Shown here in pieces: positions 52,372-55,407 of a stretch of DNA of 55,407 bases. The stretch comes from a virus. Taxonomy: Duplodnaviria; Caudoviricetes. The position numbers and the translations under genes are program-made. Within the stretch, counting starts at the first letter, position 1. Each line of letters opens with the position of its first letter. The notes below the pieces were generated by a model, which searched no databases, had not been told where the DNA came from, and worked only from the letters and a program-made list of their open reading frames with translations. The DNA lies in IMG/VR virus record IMGVR_UViG_3300010366_000015, positions 1-55,407 of that record. One strand, 5' to 3'.

Positions 52372-53474
52372 TCGCGCTCGTTCTCTGTGCGCGCGCTTCG
52401 TCGGCGCCAGTTGGGCCGGTCGAATATCCGCAAATCCCGACGTGCGCCGATAGCAGCGGGCAGCACCTCAACTACAACAGCACGACGGGTGCGTTCTCCT
52501 GCGGCACCACGACTAGCGGCACCATTGTCACGGTTAACAGCTACACGGCCTCTGGCACGAACTCGGTTTCACAAGCAACGAACAGCACGATCGCTTGCAT
52601 CAAGCTGTATGGCAGCGGTGGGCAGGGCGGCGGTGGATCGGGTGCGGCGGCACTCACGGCGAAGGGCGGCGGCGGCGGCGGTGGTGCGGGAGCGCGCGCA
52701 TTCGGTTGCTTCCGTTCATCTGATCTGACGTGGCCGCTTTCTATTGTCACAGGTGCGGGCGGCTCCGCAGCGGGCACGGGCGGCACCAACGCGGCTGGCG
52801 CTGATGGCTCGAATGGTGCGAACAGTACGGCGGCCAATGGCGCGACAACCTATCTGCTTGCTGGCGGCGGGGGCGGTGGCAGGCGTGGCGCATCCGCAGC
52901 GAACTCTGGCGGCGGCACAGGCGGCGGCACCGCTGCTATCGGCGTGGTCGGCAGCACAGGCAACGCTATCGGCGGCGCCCCGCAGAACACTACCGCTACC
53001 GCTGGCATCGCCGGTCAGGGCGCTGGTAGCGGCGGCGGTGCCAACGGCCTCAACGCTGAGTATGGCGGGGCATCCGGTGGTGGTTCGCCTTCCACAGCGG
53101 GCGTAGGCACTCTCGGCGGTTCATCAATGTTCGGCGGGAGCGGTGGCGGCGGGGGCGGTGGCATTGACAATACCAATCCCGGCAATTCCTTCGCGGGCGG
53201 TAATGGTGGTCTTTCGCAGACCTATGCAGCGGGTGGCGGCGCATCCGGTGGCGCGATCAACGGCAACAGCGGCATTCAGACCGGCGCGGATGGCAGTTCG
53301 CTCAAGGGCGGAGGCGGCGGTGGCGGTGGGGGTGGCAACAACGCAGCTACAGGCGGCGCGGGCGCGAATGCTGGCAAGTGCGGCGGCGGCGGCGGCGGAG
53401 GCGGCGGGGGCACCAATACCGGCGGCAAGGGTGGCAACGGCGGCGACGGCTGCGCATACGTCTGGCAATGGTGA
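52347..53474 (+). CDS. Signal-peptide polyglycine protein paralog 3
   Basis: MRVRLAVLIALVLCARASS-APVGPVEY...CADSSGQHLNY; ends GCAYVWQW. Confidence 0.8.
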   Translation: MRVRLAVLIALVLCARASSAPVGPVEYPQIPTCADSSGQHLNYNSTTGAFSCGTTTSGTIVTVNSYTASGTNSVSQATNSTIACIKLYGSGGQGGGGSGAAALTAKGGGGGGGAGARAFGCFRSSDLTWPLSIVTGAGGSAAGTGGTNAAGADGSNGANSTAANGATTYLLAGGGGGGRRGASAANSGGGTGGGTAAIGVVGSTGNAIGGAPQNTTATAGIAGQGAGSGGGANGLNAEYGGASGGGSPSTAGVGTLGGSSMFGGSGGGGGGGIDNTNPGNSFAGGNGGLSQTYAAGGGASGGAINGNSGIQTGADGSSLKGGGGGGGGGGNNAATGGAGANAGKCGGGGGGGGGGTNTGGKGGNGGDGCAYVWQW

Positions 53475-53540
53475 GCGCGCTTCGTTAGTTTCGTGACAAG
53501 GCCAAGCAGCGCCTTCCCCTAATCTAAGAGAGGGCGCTGC

Positions 53541-53843
53541 GTGACTGCGTACTGGACGGGGCGTCAACGATCGCCCGAGACAAAGGCGAAGATCAGCGCC
53601 ACGAAGCGCGGCAAGCCTAATCCACATATCTCCGTTCTCGCGCGCCTGAAGGGCGACGAAAACATGCGCAAGGCGTCGCTTGCGCGGCGGCGCGCGCTCG
53701 TCTGCATGAATGACGGCCTGCGGTTTGTCTCGGCAGTTGAAGCTGCCAGCCATTACGGGCTGCCCCGCTATCGCAACATCCACTCCGCGATCTATTACGG
53801 GTACGCCATTCGCGGCCTCCATTTTCGGTATGGAGACCGCTGA
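53541..53843 (+). CDS. NUMOD3/NUMOD1-type DNA-binding protein (homing-endonuclease-related, no nuclease domain)
   Basis: G.QRSPETKAKIS...GK; V.CMNDG..F.S..EAA.HYG...G.HFRY. Confidence 0.6.
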   Translation: MTAYWTGRQRSPETKAKISATKRGKPNPHISVLARLKGDENMRKASLARRRALVCMNDGLRFVSAVEAASHYGLPRYRNIHSAIYYGYAIRGLHFRYGDR

Positions 53844-54865
53844 TGGCTGCGGTGCAAACGAGCGGTTCGTACTCGTACAGCGCATCGGTGGTGACGCTGC
53901 TGTCAGCGGCGCTCCGGTGTGCGCAAGTCATCGCCGAAAACGAGACGCCGACCGGCGATCAGCTTCAGTCCGGCCTCGATGCCATGAGCGCGATGATTAA
54001 GGGCTGGATGGCGACCGGCATCCACGTCTGGACAGAGGAAGAGTGCATTCTTTTCCCGCAGGCCAATCAGTGTCTCTACCAGCTTGGGCCGGTCTCGACC
54101 GATCACGCGGCGCTCTACAACGACGTGGCGCAGACCGACTTGGACCTGAACGCGGCGGCGAGCGACACGACCATAACGGTCGCATCCGCCACTGGAATCG
54201 CCAACGGCGACAATATCTGCGTCCAACTCGACAGCGGGCTGAACTTTTGGACGACGGTTGACGGTGCGCCGTCTGGCCAAGTCATCACGCTGACCGATGC
54301 GCTGCCAAGCTCGGCGGCGGCAGACCAGTTGGTGTTCGCGTACACGACGGCGCTGATGCGTCCGCTGAAAGTCTACGGTGGCCGCCGGTTCACCCTATCG
54401 TCGTTGCCGTCCGCCCGCATCGACGTGCCGATGAATATGTGGGCGAGATTGGATTATCAGAATCAGCCCAACAAGTACAGCAGCGGCACCATCACCGCAT
54501 TCTTCTACGATCCGCAAACGAATGGCTCCGCTGGCGGCGTGTACGCGGCCGGGCAGGCAACCGGCATCTTGAACCTCTGGCCCAACCCGTCGAGCAATCA
54601 GTTCGCATTCCGCTTCACGGCGCAGCGTCCGATTCAGGACATCGCCAATTTGAGCAACTTGCCGGACTTCCCCGTGGAGTGGAACGCGGCCATCAAATGG
54701 AATTTGGCGCTGGAACTGGCGGGCGAATACGGCGTGCCGTCCGATCAGTCGCAAGTCATCATGGCGCTGGCGCAGAAGTGGTACGGCATCGTCCAATCGT
54801 GGGACCGCGAGAACGAGTCGGTTCTATTCGGGCCTGCCTTCCAGCCCGGCTATCGGCGGGGCTGA
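53843..54865 (+). CDS. Head-tail connector / P22 gp4-like adaptor
   Basis: TSG.Y....ALR...MI..W...G...W; L.LWP.P; DFP.EW..A..WNLA..LA.EYG. Confidence 0.7.
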   Translation: MAAVQTSGSYSYSASVVTLLSAALRCAQVIAENETPTGDQLQSGLDAMSAMIKGWMATGIHVWTEEECILFPQANQCLYQLGPVSTDHAALYNDVAQTDLDLNAAASDTTITVASATGIANGDNICVQLDSGLNFWTTVDGAPSGQVITLTDALPSSAAADQLVFAYTTALMRPLKVYGGRRFTLSSLPSARIDVPMNMWARLDYQNQPNKYSSGTITAFFYDPQTNGSAGGVYAAGQATGILNLWPNPSSNQFAFRFTAQRPIQDIANLSNLPDFPVEWNAAIKWNLALELAGEYGVPSDQSQVIMALAQKWYGIVQSWDRENESVLFGPAFQPGYRRG

Positions 54866-54868
54866 TCG

Positions 54869-55407
54869 GTGCCGCAGGTTCAGTTCGCCGCGCAGGCTTA
54901 TCAGGCGCGCAGCACGCAACTGCTCAATCAGGCGTGCATCAACGCGTTCACCGAACCAACGCCCAAGGAAGGCAAAACACAGTCGCCGGTCTACGCGATC
55001 CCCGGCCTGTCCGTGTTCTCGCGGCAGGGAAGCGGCCCGATTTTGGGGATGCACATATTCGACCTGCTGGACTTGCTGTTCGTGATGAGTGGTCCGGCGC
55101 TCTATTCGGTCACGGCGACGGGTACGGCGACGCTGATCGGCACAACGAACATGGGCGGCTCGCTGGTCAGCATGGCCGACAACGGCCAGCAAATGGTTAT
55201 GGTGGATGGAAGCGCGGGGTGGATTTATCAGCCGACCGGCGTCAACCAAGTCACGACGGAAACCGTCAACGCTGGCGCGACCACGATCCCGGCGAACATC
55301 ACCGGCACCATTACCAGCGGGGACACGTTGAACGTCACGCTGGACAACGGGGCTATCTTCACCACGACGGCGGCGAGCACGGTCACCTATGCGGACCCCG
55401 CGATCCT
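54869..55407 (+). CDS. P22 gp10-like packaged-DNA stabilisation/tail protein, 3' truncated
   Basis: Y.ARS......CIN...E....PGL..F...G.GPI.G...V.MADNGQQ....DG. Confidence 0.75.
   Translation, partial: MPQVQFAAQAYQARSTQLLNQACINAFTEPTPKEGKTQSPVYAIPGLSVFSRQGSGPILGMHIFDLLDLLFVMSGPALYSVTATGTATLIGTTNMGGSLVSMADNGQQMVMVDGSAGWIYQPTGVNQVTTETVNAGATTIPANITGTITSGDTLNVTLDNGAIFTTTAASTVTYADPAI

Larger units (their letters stand above)
1..55407. mobile_element. Temperate tailed bacteriophage/prophage (partial), podovirus-like, probable alphaproteobacterial host
   Basis: Integrase, YqaJ, DnaB, RusA, TerS, TerL, portal, GroES, capsid, fibre and P22 gp4/gp10-like genes are present; no host housekeeping operons; GcrA/GapR-like domains point to Alphaproteobacteria. 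Confidence 0.95.

Noticed and set aside
48215-53474. Diversity-generating retroelement or collagen repeats in the fibre genes
   Set aside because: No reverse transcriptase or adenine-variant template/variable repeat pair was seen, and the Gly runs are not Gly-X-Y.
53541-53843. Active homing endonuclease or intron
   Set aside because: Only NUMOD-type DNA-binding motifs are present; no HNH or GIY-YIG domain and no interrupted gene.

Overview
The whole 55.4-kb window reads as part of one GC-rich temperate tailed phage or prophage, probably podovirus-like. GcrA- and GapR-like genes point to an alphaproteobacterial host. From left to right: (1) the 3' end of a GH108-type endolysin; (2) a leftward integration/recombination module (tyrosine integrase, Xis-like gene, candidate att arm repeats, PD-(D/E)xK nuclease, YqaJ exonuclease and partner); (3) a rightward replication module (GapR/Rmf-like fusion, RusA, NrdR-like Zn ribbon, divergent DnaB, GcrA C-terminal domain); (4) a divergently transcribed early/anti-defence island at about 14.6-21.5 kb containing ArdC; (5) TerS and a candidate packaging/terminus site; (6) a leftward block of small accessory genes with a tRNA-Leu-like RNA that has an abnormal anticodon arm; (7) the late operon (small paralogous Pro-rich proteins, TerL, portal, GroES, scaffold, major capsid, Gly-rich fibre proteins, P22 gp4/gp10-like proteins). 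The main discovery is in the early island. Five complete type II hammerhead ribozymes lie on the minus strand, each directly after a stop codon, with predicted cleavage sites 636-791 nt apart. Fourteen genes in the island share a TAGGGCA(A) leader in place of a normal Shine-Dalgarno sequence, and four promoter-like repeats share a TRTAG-N4-CTATA palindrome. Together these suggest a ribozyme-punctuated cassette system for expressing anti-defence genes. All calls come from reading the sequence by eye; no database searches were run.
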